Origin: Struthio camelus
Lineage: Eukaryota
DNA length: 64,000 bases
Assembly (NCBI RefSeq): GCF_040807025.1
Contig: NC_090942.1
Span: forward strand, 204,310,640-204,374,639
Direction: 5' to 3'
The notes under the pieces are model-generated. The model was given only the letters and a program-made list of their open reading frames with translations. It ran no database searches and was not told where the DNA came from. Positions 35,660 through 47,621 of this stretch are shown in pieces. Within the stretch, counting starts at the first letter, position 1, and the number at the start of each line of letters is the position of its first letter. The translations under genes were made by a program, and so were the position numbers.

Positions 35660-37753
35660 TATTTCAGGTGATGAACGCGTGACAAGTGGGCTAAACTTCC
35701 TCACTTCCTCCAGGCTCAAGATCAGTGCATCCCTCTGAGGAAGAAGCCCAGCAAAGCGGGCAGGAGACCTGCATGGAGGAGCAAGGAACTCCTGGCAAAA
35801 CTCCAGCAGAAGAAGGAAGTACACAGAATGTGGAAAAGGGGACAGGCCACTTGGGAGGAATACAGGGACGTTGTCAGAGCGTGCAGGGATGCGACAAGGA
35901 AGGCTAAGGCCCAGTTGGAATTAGATCTGGCAAGGGATGTCAAGGACAACAAGAAGGGCTTCTACAAATACTTCAATAGCAAAAGGAAGACTAGGGAAAA
36001 CGTCAGCCCGCTGCTGAAAGGGGCGGGTGCCCTGGTGACAAAGGATACAGAGAAGGCAGAGTTACTGAATGCTGCCTTTGCTTCAGTCTTCACTGCTAAG
36101 GCCAGTCCTGAGGAATTCCAGACCTTGGAGAAAAGAGAGGAAGGCTGGAGAAAGGAAGACTCTCCCTTGGTGGAGGAGGATCAGGTTAGAGATCTTTTGT
36201 CCAAACCTGACATCCATAAATCCATGGGCCCCGATGGGATGCACCCACGAGTGCTGAGGGAGCTGGCGGGTGTTATTGCTAGGCCACTCTCCATCATCTT
36301 GGAAAGGTCCTGGAGATCAGGAGAGGTGCCTGAGGACAGGAAGAAAGCCAATGTCACCCCAGTCTTCCAAAAGGGCAAGAAGGAGGAGCCAGGAAACGAC
36401 AGGCCTGTCAGCCTCACCTCCATCCCTGCAAAGCTGATGAAACAGCTCCTCCTGAAGGTCCTCACTAAGCATCTGGAGGACAAGAAGGTGATCCGGAGTA
36501 GTCACCATGGATTCACCCAAGGGAAATCATGCTTGACCAATCTGATAGCCTTCTATGATGGAATGACTGGCTGGGTAGATGAAGGGAGAGCAGTGGATGT
36601 TGTCTACCTGGACTTGAGCAAGGCTTTGGACACTGTCTCCCATCACATCCTCCTAGGTAAGCTCAGGAAGTGTGGGCTAGACGAGTGGACAGGGAGGTGG
36701 ATTGAGAACTGGCTGCATGGCAGAGTTTAGAGGGTTGTGGTGAACGGCGCAGAGTCAAGTTGGAGGCCTGTGGCTAGTGGTGTCCCCCAGGGGGCAGTCC
36801 TGGGTCCAGTCTTGTTCAATGTATTCATCAATGACCTGGAGGAAGGGACAGAGTGCACCCTCAGCAAGTTGACTGATGATAACAAACTGGGGGGAGAGGC
36901 TAACACACCAGAAGACTGTGCTGCCATTCAGAGGGAGCTGGAGAGGCTGGAGAGGTGGGCGGAGAGGAACCTCCTGAAGGTCAACAAAGGCAAGTGCAAG
37001 GTCCTGCACCTCGGGAGGAATAACCCCATGCAGCAGTACAGGCTGGGGGTTGACCTGTTGGAAAGCAGCTCTGCAGAGAAGGACCTGGAAGTGCTGGTGG
37101 ACAACAAATTGAGCATGAGCCAGCAGTGTGCCCTTGTGGCCAAGAAGGCCAATGGTATCCTGGGGTGCATTAGGCAGAGTGTTGCCAGCAGGTGGAGGGA
37201 GGGGATCCTCCCCTTCTACTCAGCCCTGGGGAGGCCTCACCTGGAGTGCTGGGCCCAGTGCTGGGCTCCCCAGGACAAGAGAGACATGGCACTCCTGGAG
37301 AGAGTCCAGTGGAGGGCTACCAAGATGATTAGAGGGCTGGAGCATCTCTCCTAGGAAGAAAGACTGCAAGAGCTGGGCCTGTTCAGCCTGGAGAAGAGAA
37401 GATTGAGAGGGGATCTCATCAACGTGTACAAGTATCTGAAAGGGGAGTGTCAAGAGGATGAGGCCAGCCTCTTCTCCGTGGTGCCCAGCAACAGGACAAG
37501 AGGCAACGGGCAGAAACTGAACCACAGGCAGTTCCACCTGAACCTGAGAAAAAACTTCTTCACTGTGAGGGTGACAGAGCATTGGAACAGGTTGCCCAGA
37601 GAGGTAGTGGAGTCTCCTTCGCTGGAGATATTCAAAAGCCGTCTGGATGTGATCCTGGGCAATATGCTCTAGGTGACCCTGCTTGAGCAGGGAGGTTGGA
37701 CTAGATGATCTCCCGAGGTCCCTTCCAACCTAAACCATTCTGTGATTCTGTGA
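35660..37753 (+). mobile_element. CR1 (chicken repeat 1) LINE, 5'-truncated, degenerate ORF2 (endonuclease/reverse transcriptase)
   Basis: ORFs 35828..36730, 36737..37354 and 37403..37672 are consecutive CR1 ORF2 pieces (…[34 protein letters not shown]…, …[37 protein letters not shown]…, …[24 protein letters not shown]…). In-frame stops lie at 36728-30 and 37352-54. It ends in the canonical CR1 tail ...ggtcccttccaacctaaaccattctgtgattctgtga. Confidence 0.9.
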
Positions 37754-37847
37754 AACCAGCCCTTTAAGGTGAAATACTAAAGCCCATAGTTTTGCTACAC
37801 AAATTCCAGTATTTCCAGATACTTTATATTATGCGCAGCATATTTAC

Positions 37848-37965
37848 CCAGGTATGTAGGATGCTAGTTCTTCTTTAACTAATTGGCAGTTAATACTAGA
37901 GCATCTTCCAGGAACAGCAGAGGAATCAAAGAGTTCAACAGATAAAGAGTTATTTTCTAAAATTT
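37848..37965 (-). CDS. RNF17: RNF17 exon (KILENNSLSVELFDSSAVPGRCSSINCQLVKEELASYIP)
   Basis: Acceptor cattcacag|AA and donor CCTGG|GTAAAT. It matches human [41 protein letters not shown]. It lies just 3' of the CR1 insertion. Confidence 0.75.
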
Positions 37966-38701
37966 CTGTGAATGAAGAATATAAACATAATTAGCACCAA
38001 TCAATGCTAGTAAAAGGACTGTTAATGGCTCTGGAGACAAGGTAAATAGTTAGGAAGAGGCTGAACTTCGTAAAATTTTATCTGATTTATAAAATAATTT
38101 GATCTTGAGTATCAGTAGTCTAGAGGCTTAACTTTGCACACCTCTATAAAATTTAAAGATATCAATTATGGTATGAACATCTTGTTTATTCACTATATTT
38201 ATGTACAAAAAACAACTGCTGCATGTAATTTCATTTATTAGATGGGTCATCATTCCACAGCTGTAGAAAAATAACAACCTACATATTAACAATAAATGGA
38301 GTGAGGAAAAGAACTACTAAGGCACATGTGTGTTATTGAACTTCATTTCTGGGGGATGTTTAAGAGCAGCAGTAGTCACATTCATATCTCTCAACGAAGT
38401 CAGGGAGACTGAAGGACGATCAGCACCCTTAGAAACAAGCCACTTTTAATAAACCAATTAATACTGGTGTGGCCTGTAGCAGAAAAGATAGAAATAGCTT
38501 TTTGTCAGAGGTTGTATCTGTTACATCTCCTCCAGTTCCTTTTATGTTTGGATATTCTCATTCCAGGCTACCTGTCACAAGTATGAATGTAAATACTATT
38601 TATGAATGTAAATACTATTTAAGATATGAAAGCGCACATTTTTATTTTTGAATTAATTAAAGAATATTTAAATAAAGACTGATACACTCTTGATAACTTA
38701 C

Positions 38702-38822
38702 TAACAACCGAACATAGCATAAATTTATCTTCAGTCATTTCTTCAAACCTTTCCTTGGCTGCTCTGGTCCACTCACTTGCTCCTTTATAAGGCTCAATGT
38801 AAGCCAGCTTGCTCCTGATTGC
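38702..38822 (-). CDS. RNF17: RNF17 exon ([40 protein letters not shown])
   Basis: Acceptor attctttag|GCA and donor GTTA|GTAAGT. It matches human [41 protein letters not shown]. Confidence 0.75.
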
Positions 38823-41197
38823 CTAAAGAATAATTCAAATTACATATCTACCATCACAAATTACATATCAAGACTATCCCTTTACAGCCAAATCACAGCC
38901 TTTGTTGCACGCCCGTGCAGGACAGCCAGACAGCATGACCTTGGCTTGTTTCCACGTTATGAGCCCTTGATCTGATTTAAGATGTTCTCCACGTGGTCTC
39001 TTCACAGCCTGCAGCAGGGCAAGAACCTCAAATTCAGATTATGTTCTCACTGAAATAGAAAGAGCTTTACTCCTCCCTGACTCCCTTTATGTTTAGGTAT
39101 AGAACTGGCTGCAAAAGTCAAGAATGACTACTGCAGAAAGGTGAAAAAGAAAACCCTCATCTGGTTTTGCTGATCTGAATGTAATATACAGACTCAAACC
39201 ATCGAAGGTTAAACGCGATTATACCACTATATAAGTCTGAAAGACTACAAACAGACAACTCAACTCCACAGTAACTATGTCAGAAAATTCCCGACAAAGT
39301 TTGGAAAGGTATTAATTAGGATACACAAAAAAGACACACAGGAAACCAAATAAAATGAAGTACTTTGAAATAAAGATGTAAAAAAAAAATTATATATACA
39401 TATATCTGTAGTGTGTATGTGTATATATATATATATATATAAAAAAATCTTGTTTTAAATAAATTGTCAGGTCAAAAGTAAGAAGAGTAGCAAGAACAGT
39501 AGCAGAAGAGTGTCTTGTGGGGGACAAGAGAGAAAAGAAATAGAGTAATACGAGTATTTTGTACAGATATTCTTAGGATACAAGCAGTCAGGAACAGGAA
39601 AATGAGGTGGGCTGACGAGTTAAGACAACCTTTGAAAAAAAAGGGGCCATGGATGCTAAGGCCAACTCACATTACGCAGCTCTGCCCTTTCAAGTCTTGG
39701 CAAGAATTCTGCACTACCCACGTGTGTTAAAATGGCTGTAAAATGGCCTGAAAGAAGTCCAACTATTCTTGCAACAATCTAACTCAAATTTCTTACCAAA
39801 GAACCTGCATTTGAGGCAATACAATATATGATCATGTGATGAAGATTTGTCAATGCTTACACGCAACAGGATAGACTTGCAAAAGCAACCTCAACTCTGA
39901 TACCTTCTTACCTCCAGAACACTTAATTTTGCAGTCTTGCGTTCATTCATATTTCAAACCCTTCAGAATTTTAAACCCTTCATAAATTATTCTTTTTGAA
40001 AAATGAGAAGGTATGAAAATATAGCAATACATAAGCACACCGAGTCCTGGAGATCTTTCTGCTACTTGAATTTAAAGAACTAATAGCAATAGAAAGTTAT
40101 TTCTTATGCAAATCTCAGGTTTAAACACATCGCCAAAGTGTTTCATAGTAAACTACAGATAACAGAACAACACTGAAATTTGACAGCTGACTGGTTCAGG
40201 GTTTTGTAAATCATTCTCCAGCAGCTATATATCCTTCTGCTCCTGTACTCTTTAGTTCTTTCTCCTTTACGCTGAAAGTGAGGAGACTGAGCACTGTGCG
40301 TGACAAACTCCTAACAGATTTTTCTGATATATACTTGGCCAATAATAAACAATCAATTGGAAAGGTGGGATAATGCACATCAAGTCAACGCCCTTATTCA
40401 TTAATCAGTCTGACAGGAAGCATCACACTGCAACTGCAAGAACCCTTTACTATTTTCAGTGCTTTTCTTCTCCCTTGCTGGCAAAAACAGCCTAATGATT
40501 TTGGCTGAAACTTTCCCCAGAAAGATCTGTTCAAAATATAAGCAAGTAAAGCCCATTTTCAGTAAGTGGTATTGGTTAACCTTAGTTGTAATAATCACTA
40601 TTTGTGGTGCCTACAGGTTTTTAAAAAAAAAAAAAAATTAGTTTCGAGTAATTATAGTTGCCAACTAGAACCATCTAGTGCACAGCTGAAAAAACATATT
40701 TTTTCTGCTTATGTGTATTTTGGACAAAAAAATACTTTGCCATTTCCTTTCCCGTTCAGATCTTCCCCTTGTCCAAAATACTTCTGCAAGTTAAGAAAAC
40801 CCCAAACTCAAAATGCCTTTAAAAAAACCCCCACAAAAACAAAAACAAAGCACCCTCAAAGAGCATTATTAGATCACTGTTTGAAAGCTAAGGAACGTAA
40901 AAATTAATTAGGCTATCTATGGAATAGGAGAAAGTATTAAAAAAAAATAAAAAAATAAAAAACCCCACCCTAGATTTCTAGATTTCATTCAAAACTGAGT
41001 AACACCACAAAATCACAGTTTTTAACTTGCACCCAAAACACATTTCAAATGCCTCATCGTAAATCCATCTGAAAAGAAACTGTAAATAACCTCTTACTTG
41101 CTTTTTATTTACTTCAGAATGTGCACAATCTTCCCTTTCCCCTTACATCCCTTGAGAGTCTATTTTCAATGTTTATTATGGGACAGCAGTAACTCAC

Positions 41198-41313
41198 CTT
41201 TTCTGGAAAGCTCAAAAATTCCTTTCTAACTTTGCATATGTCTTTAAGAGTTATCCTAGCGACGTTACCAAAATCAACATATTTTACCACAACTTCCTGA
41301 TGACTTGGCAGCC
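41198..41313 (-). CDS. RNF17: RNF17 exon, Tudor core continued ([39 protein letters not shown])
   Basis: Acceptor ttcttgaag|GG and donor AAG|GTGAGT. Coordinates were anchored to ORF 41114..41335. It matches human [39 protein letters not shown]. Confidence 0.85.
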
Positions 41314-42146
41314 CTTCAAGAAAAACAACCCACAAACCATAACATTAGACCAGCTTTGAAGTTACTAAAACAGAGAATAAATATTGGATACAAGTTAAAC
41401 AAAGTGTCCCAGTTTCAAAGCAAAATCCACATTTACACCCTGTAAGCATGAAAGGTCACATTTTGAAATATTTTATAACCCAATTCAAAACTACATTCTT
41501 TAAAAGCCAGCTCTGTGGGATTCCTGAAATGATAAAAAGTTAACATTTTGGTCTGCTACCATCTTGTCATTTTATGAGAGAGACATTGACCTGTTAAATA
41601 CATGCCAAGTATACAAGAAAGCCCACACACAGGCTTGTGAAATACACCACACTACTCATAATGGCAACTCAAGATGTCACCACAGTTCTCATTTAAAAAA
41701 AAAAAAAAAACACACACTTTTGGAATTGCTACAGGTATAACGGGTTGCTACCTATCCCTGGAATTTAAGTGCTGCGGGAATTTCGTTTGATTCTCTTCTA
41801 CACAGGTTACACTCAGAGACTGGATACAGAAGATAGATTTGTACATTGAAATTGTAATAAGTAAAATGATATTATTAACAAAAATTATATAATGGAATTT
41901 CAATAGCACATAGAAAATAAAAAGTACTGGCTCTAAGTTCTTTATATATTATATACATACATACATCTATATATATGTATGTAAAACAATCCATTAATAG
42001 CAAAATAAGAGAATGTAACATCTACTAGTGTGATGAAATTTATGAAGCTAGCTGTTGCTATAAAAATTCCCAATAATCACTGTTTGTTATTATTCATATC
42101 CAGTGTGCGACTCTGATATAGTGCCATTACAACTTGACATTTTAGT

Positions 42147-42165
42147 GGGGGGGGGGGGGGGGGGG
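42147..42165. repeat. G19 homopolymer (C19 on the RNF17 sense strand)
   Basis: A run of 19 G. It lies 26 nt from the RNF17 exon 42192..42345 5' splice site, on the intron side. Confidence 0.9.
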
Positions 42166-42191
42166 AAGGAGGGAGAATATCAATACTTCAC

Positions 42192-42345
42192 CTATAATCT
42201 GTGCTCTGCACCAAATTCCATCTTTGTATTTTGCAATACAGGCTTGCCCTTCAACTGGACAGACAATTTCCAAATCTTCCCTATCCTCATGTTTGTATAT
42301 CTCCTCAATTTTCTTTGGAAGAGCTAAAAAGTCCAGGCTATCCAT
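42192..42345 (-). CDS. RNF17: RNF17 exon, Tudor core (MDSLDFLALPKKIEEIYKHEDREDLEIVCPVEGQACIAKYKDGIWCRAQII)
   Basis: Acceptor tttttttag|ATG and donor ATAG|GTGAAG. It matches human [52 protein letters not shown]. Confidence 0.85.
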
Positions 42346-42733
42346 CTAAAAAAAAGAAAAACAAACCTCCTCTAATACACATACATTGGGCTAAGAACAT
42401 TCTGTATTTTCGTAATAACTTTTTTAAACGGATGTTTTATCTAGTAGTGCACTTCCTTGTCATCTTCTAAAACTGAGTGGTAGTTATGACATGTAAAGTG
42501 AATTAAAGAGCCTAACAATTAACATTGCCCTGTTCAATCATCACACTAAACAGTAAGACTACGTAACCACATAGGAATTAAGCATTTAACAAAACTGTGA
42601 CCAAAAATTAAGTTTTTAGAAATTTGCTGAAAATTAACAGAAACTTGAGGTCATTTAGTGTGGATTCTAAATAGTTCAACATTTAGATAAAATTCTGTAC
42701 AAATATTTCAATATAACTTGTTTCTAAACTTAC

Positions 42734-42872
42734 CAATTGGAGATAGAAATCACTAGGACTATTAACATGACAGACTACAACAGAGACTTCTGCTGTTTCT
42801 TGTGGTATTTTAGGTGGACTATACTGCAAGACTACATTCTTTTCTAACTCACTGGGAAGCTGTGATCTAAAC
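42734..42872 (-). CDS. RNF17: RNF17 exon, Tudor N-extension ([47 protein letters not shown])
   Basis: Acceptor gtttatttcag|G and donor TTG|GTAAGT. It matches human [48 protein letters not shown]. Confidence 0.8.
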
Positions 42873-43948
42873 CTGAAATAAACAAAAAGATTTTGAATAA
42901 ATTCTGCCAAAATTAACTAAGCAGGAAGCCTTTCATATCCAGATGTGAAATTTCCCACTAAAAATGCAAAACAGTCTCTTAAAATTAAGATGATCCACAT
43001 TTGCACGAATAGTTTGAACTTCCCTTCTTGCAGTCTGTGCAAACAATTTTCTCTACTCTAGTGCTTCTCCCTTCACAAATGTACCACAGCAGCTGGTCTT
43101 AAAACAGATTCTGTCATTTGGAAAGCAGTACTATGCATTTAAATTGTTTAAAAAAATTAAAGCAAAAGGCTGGAACTCATTACATTGACAAAACCATTTT
43201 GAGATTTCCTTTCTTTCACTTACGAGAAAGAGAGTGACTACCAGAGGAACAAAGACACAGTAAATTATTTCTCACTGATCTCTCCAAAATGAGTAAATAT
43301 TTACAAATATAAATAAATAAGCTGCTCTGCGTGCAGCAGAATGAACCTGAATTTCTTACAGATTTGCATACCATACCCCTGCACCCAAATGCCAAATCAA
43401 ATACCCGTGTTCTTCTCTCTCTCTCCACCTGTGGGCCTCCACTGATCCCTCCAGAGCAGCTCTCTCTTCTGTCCTGATGCCAAAAACTAGCTCCCCTCCC
43501 AGCCCATCTTTAGTTCTCTTATTTGCTGAGCTACGTGTATCAGGTCACGCGCTAGTTCACAGCCACATGCGTTGACTTAGCCTGGTTGTCACCAGCCAAA
43601 CCAAACAGATAAAGGCCGATTTGTGCATGCTTTTCTGTTGGTGGGGGGCACTAACAGTTTCGCCCTTCACCTTCTTGCTATTAATCTCGCCAAACCTATA
43701 CAGGAACTTAATTTCTGTCATTTTCTAAAATGAGTTAAGATCTGTTATCCAAATAAAGCCTCGAGTAGTGAAAATGAATACGCAACAATGTTTATTAGGA
43801 AAGGTGTAAAAAGTTAGGTTCATGTATTTCTGAAGATTTAATCTGAACCACAGCAAAAACAATTTACTTGGTAAACTTCTTCACTTTAAAAGTATTATGC
43901 AATTATCATTGATGGCATAAGAGCATAAACGAAAAGGAAAACACATAC

Positions 43949-44139
43949 CTTGCTAAGTCTAAAAAAACTAACGCATCCTTGAGAGACACTGGCATGTTAC
44001 TGCTTATTTTGTTGGATGGAGGTTTTTTCAGATCAACAATGAGCACACCATCCTCCTCTCTAAATATGCTCATTAAAACAACTTTATTATTTACCATTTT
44101 TAAAAATTCTGTCTTTGCTTCCTGTCCCCAACCTTCACT
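43949..44139 (-). CDS. RNF17: RNF17 exon ([63 protein letters not shown])
   Basis: Acceptor ttttttgtttctgcttaacag|AGT and donor GCAAG|GTATGT. Coordinates were anchored to ORF 43906..44097. It is nearly identical to human [63 protein letters not shown]. Confidence 0.8.
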
Positions 44140-45475
44140 CTGTTAAGCAGAAACAAAAAAGTTATTCAAGAGGTATGGGACTTCCAGATCACGGACCAGA
44201 GGGAGGGGGAGCACATTAGCACCTATACAGGTGAAATACTGAACCTACTTCAGAGCCCTATTAGATTGTCTAGTCCATAGCTTGGACAGCACAAGACAGT
44301 ATTCTTTGTAATGGGTTTACGAATTATTTTAACTGTATAAAATTGAGTCAGAGCAAAGGGTTGTATTTTGTACCATCCTTTCCTTAAACTAAATACTCAA
44401 AATTTCAACCGTTCTAATCTTCCTGATAGACAGACTAGAATTGTCACATGCAGTTTCATCTCACTGCTTACATTTTTGCTCTCCTAAGCTGTCTGAAAGT
44501 TTAGTCTTTTCCCCTTTGTATCCTTAAACAAATGTACAACGTACTATAGTTGTTCACTCAACTTACACGTTCCTTCTCTCCGCAACGCCCTTTGTGCCCT
44601 TTTATCTACCTTGCAACGGCTTGTCTAAATTTAATTCTCTTGCATCAAATGAATGCATTTCTCATGTGGTACTTCACATCTGTGGTTTCTAGGTTTGAAA
44701 ATCCAAGCCCACACAGGTGGACGTTTTATCCATAACCGTGAAGACTGTTCCAGATCTGTCCTTTTTAAAGCTATTTCAGATAATATCAGACTAGTAAAAG
44801 ATACCAGCAGTTATATTGCCAGAAATATACAGCTGTATTGAATATATGCATTCACCTGTGAATGTCGCAAAAATAAAAATAACCCAGTAAATAAGAGAGA
44901 ACACTGGAAGAAAAAAGCTGCAATTTATGTCCTTTCCTAGGGGAATAAAGGCTGAAAGATTTTTTTATTTCGTTTTATACTAAACGAAGAAAATGAAAAG
45001 ACACTTTTCAATATAGGGCACAAGATTTTAAGTAATAAAGGACAGCCCCAACAGGCTCCCTGGAAAATTAAAGCCATTATTTCGCTATTTGGATTATTTT
45101 TGAAAGCTGCTATTTGCATGAAGCTATCAGACAGCCATAACATAAGAACATCAGTTCTATCATTTGTCTTTGAACTCAACAAAACAACATCTCTAGAAAA
45201 AAAGTACTGAGATTTGAACCTGCAGTGTAACGCTGTAAACACTGAGGTTTTTTAAAGACAGGCGTCTGTAAGCTTGTCTGCTTTCCAACTAAAGCAATAC
45301 CAATCATCTTTTAAGAGAGCTGATTTAATATATTTATATACACTCTATTCTCCTCTTGGGGTTTTTCTGTTTATCCTAGAAGAAGATTATTGTAAATGAT
45401 GTATTCAAAATTCTTTAACATGCATTCTCAGCAGAAAAAAAATCTCACAAAATAGCAGAAACAGCTTTTACTTAC

Positions 45476-45668
45476 TGCATTTTTGGGAACAATATCCTTC
45501 AATGAACACAGTACTGCTAAAGGAGGAATAGCTGCAAGTTGTGCCTCAATATGCTGATCAGGCTTTCTTACAAACAAACAAACGTCATCTGCGTCAATAA
45601 TTTGCAAAGTAGTAGTTTCAGGCCTTTCAACAGGAACGTATCTATTGCTAGTGGGAACAAAAGCAGCA
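45476..45668 (-). CDS. RNF17: RNF17 exon (VAAFVPTSNRYVPVERPETTTLQIIDADDVCLFVRKPDQHIEAQLAAIPPLAVLCSLKDIVPKNA)
   Basis: Acceptor tcaaactag|T and donor GCA|GTAAGT. Coordinates were anchored to ORF 45428..45691. It matches human ...LAQPCSLKDIVPQNS. Confidence 0.75.
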
Positions 45669-47173
45669 CTAGTTTGAAAGAGCAAAACCAAACATTATTC
45701 AATAAAGTGGCATAACGTCATGAGACTAAAACAGATCTAGAAAGTTCAGTGCCTGAATAAAATGCATTTCTTGTTCTTAAACATTCAGGACTCACCTGTT
45801 ACCTTTCGGCAACATAAGTTTAACTTAAAACATTTTAACATGTGAAGGTTAGCTCATTTGTGTATTTATATACACCTCCACTTGTCCTGTGAGAGACACG
45901 TTATGCAAAGAATACCAGTATCATCCGGATATCTGGTTATCAGCTTGTGTGAAACTTATTTACTAATTAAGGATTCATTGCTTAGTAAAGATGCTCTTGA
46001 GAAAGAACAGTCAAAGGACAACAACTGCAGACAAACAACACTCTCTGTAAACATACCTTGAAAAAATTAGAACTTCAGAACTCCCCAAATCTATCAGGAA
46101 CACTTCCATCACTGCAATATCACAAACTTTGTATCTTACTGGACTACAAGGCTTCCTCACATTTTTAGTTGTTAGGGGAACTAGTTCGGTGATAGTTCCA
46201 CGGCACCACGTTCCAGTTTCTTTGCTCTTAATAAAAGTTCTAGCACCTACAGAAAAGTAAATGCAAACCAGACTAAATTCAGAATTTACAGATACCCTGC
46301 ATTTTAAGCACTGCTATTACAGTTCTAATGGTCCACTGTTTTCACTCTTTTGCACAGGTAAAAAGAGTGCTACCTCTACAATAAAGAGGACAAAGACATT
46401 AAAAACCTTGTCTTGATATCCAGTAGAAGTTCTCTCCCCACATTCACTTACACAATGTCTGTACAGCTAGGAAATGGTTGGCTTGCATTAAAAAATATTT
46501 CTGGTAAACTCTCTATACCTATTACTGAAACACTCAAACCCACGAAAGCCTAGTTTATTTGCAAAGAGTTCAGTCAAGTTCACATAAAAAAAGATCCTTT
46601 ATGAAAAAGAGCTTAAAAACTTCTGCAGTGATCTGAACCAGGAAAACTATTGTACATTGAACATTTAGCGATCCACAGAACAGGTGACCTCAGCAGGCAC
46701 AGGCCTGTGCTGTGCTGCACAGAACCCTTGGTCGCAGAATCAGCTGGGCCAGCTAACTAATGGAGGAGCCTGTTGGCAGCTTCCGCTTGGCACCAGTGAT
46801 TATACCACCTGTGTCCTAGTCAGAGCTCTAAAAGTGAAGCAACATGTTCTCATGTGAACATCCTTTTGCTTGACAGTATGAATGCAGTTGTTTTCCTCTA
46901 AGAAAAACCTGCAAGACCTCTAAAGACTGAAAAGCTGGTGAACCTCACCATGGACAGGATCTACGCAGTACGCCATGTCCCGATCGAGAAGTCTGCCCGA
47001 TTCTTTATCATCTTGGACTTCCCCCATCAGAAGGGATACAAGATTTTAATTGCTAATCTTGTATTCCACTTCTGTCTCTGAATATTCTGATTAAGCGTAG
47101 TACTATATTGTAAAGATCTGAATGGTCATTTTTTCTTACTGAAATCTGGAAAGAACCAGCACCTGTTTCATAC

Positions 47174-47285
47174 ACAACCAGCCCAACATCAGAACATTTA
47201 GAACTAAATATTCCACAAGTTCCACACTTCTGCGCAGCATAATCTAGCTCAAATTTAGTCTCCAAATTTTGCAAAAAATGTATTA
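47174..47285 (-). CDS. RNF17: RNF17 exon in the first (divergent) Tudor-like region (VIHFLQNLETKFELDYAAQKCGTCGIFSSKCSDVGLV)
   Basis: Acceptor ttctattctag|TA. The donor GT|GTATGA at 47173 was chosen because it is the only one that keeps phase with both neighbouring exons. An alternative donor TCA|GTAAGA would put the exon end at 47140. Confidence 0.5.
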
Positions 47286-47459
47286 CTAGAATAGAAGTAC
47301 TGACACGTTCCAAGGTAATATTCAACTTCTATATCATAATCTGAGTAGACAGTATTTTTATCCGTTTTCTAAATACCTTCTAGAAGCGAGTACTAAGGAA
47401 GAAATACTGCAAGATGGCTATTTTAAGCTAATGTAGGCCTTTAGAAATGACTAATTTAC

Positions 47460-47621
47460 CTAGTTCCAAAACATCTGAAGGTGAGAGGTAGGAACTCATA
47501 CTACGACAAAAGTTCTTCAATTTCTTCTCCAGAAAAACTGCTACTTTCTTCTGTGAGTATCTCCGAACATAGAAGTGGCATGGATTTATAACGTGGCTTA
47601 CAAACACTAGTTCTGTCGAGC
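47460..47621 (-). CDS. RNF17: RNF17 exon ([54 protein letters not shown])
   Basis: Acceptor tgtcttgttcag|GC and donor CTAG|GTAAAT. Coordinates were anchored to ORF 47428..47634. It matches human [51 protein letters not shown]. Confidence 0.8.

Noticed and set aside
35828-37672. Intact reverse-transcriptase gene (300-aa, 205-aa and 89-aa ORFs)
   Set aside because: The three ORFs are consecutive CR1 ORF2 pieces separated by stop codons and a frameshift, and the element lacks its 5' end. It is a dead LINE copy, not a functional RT gene.
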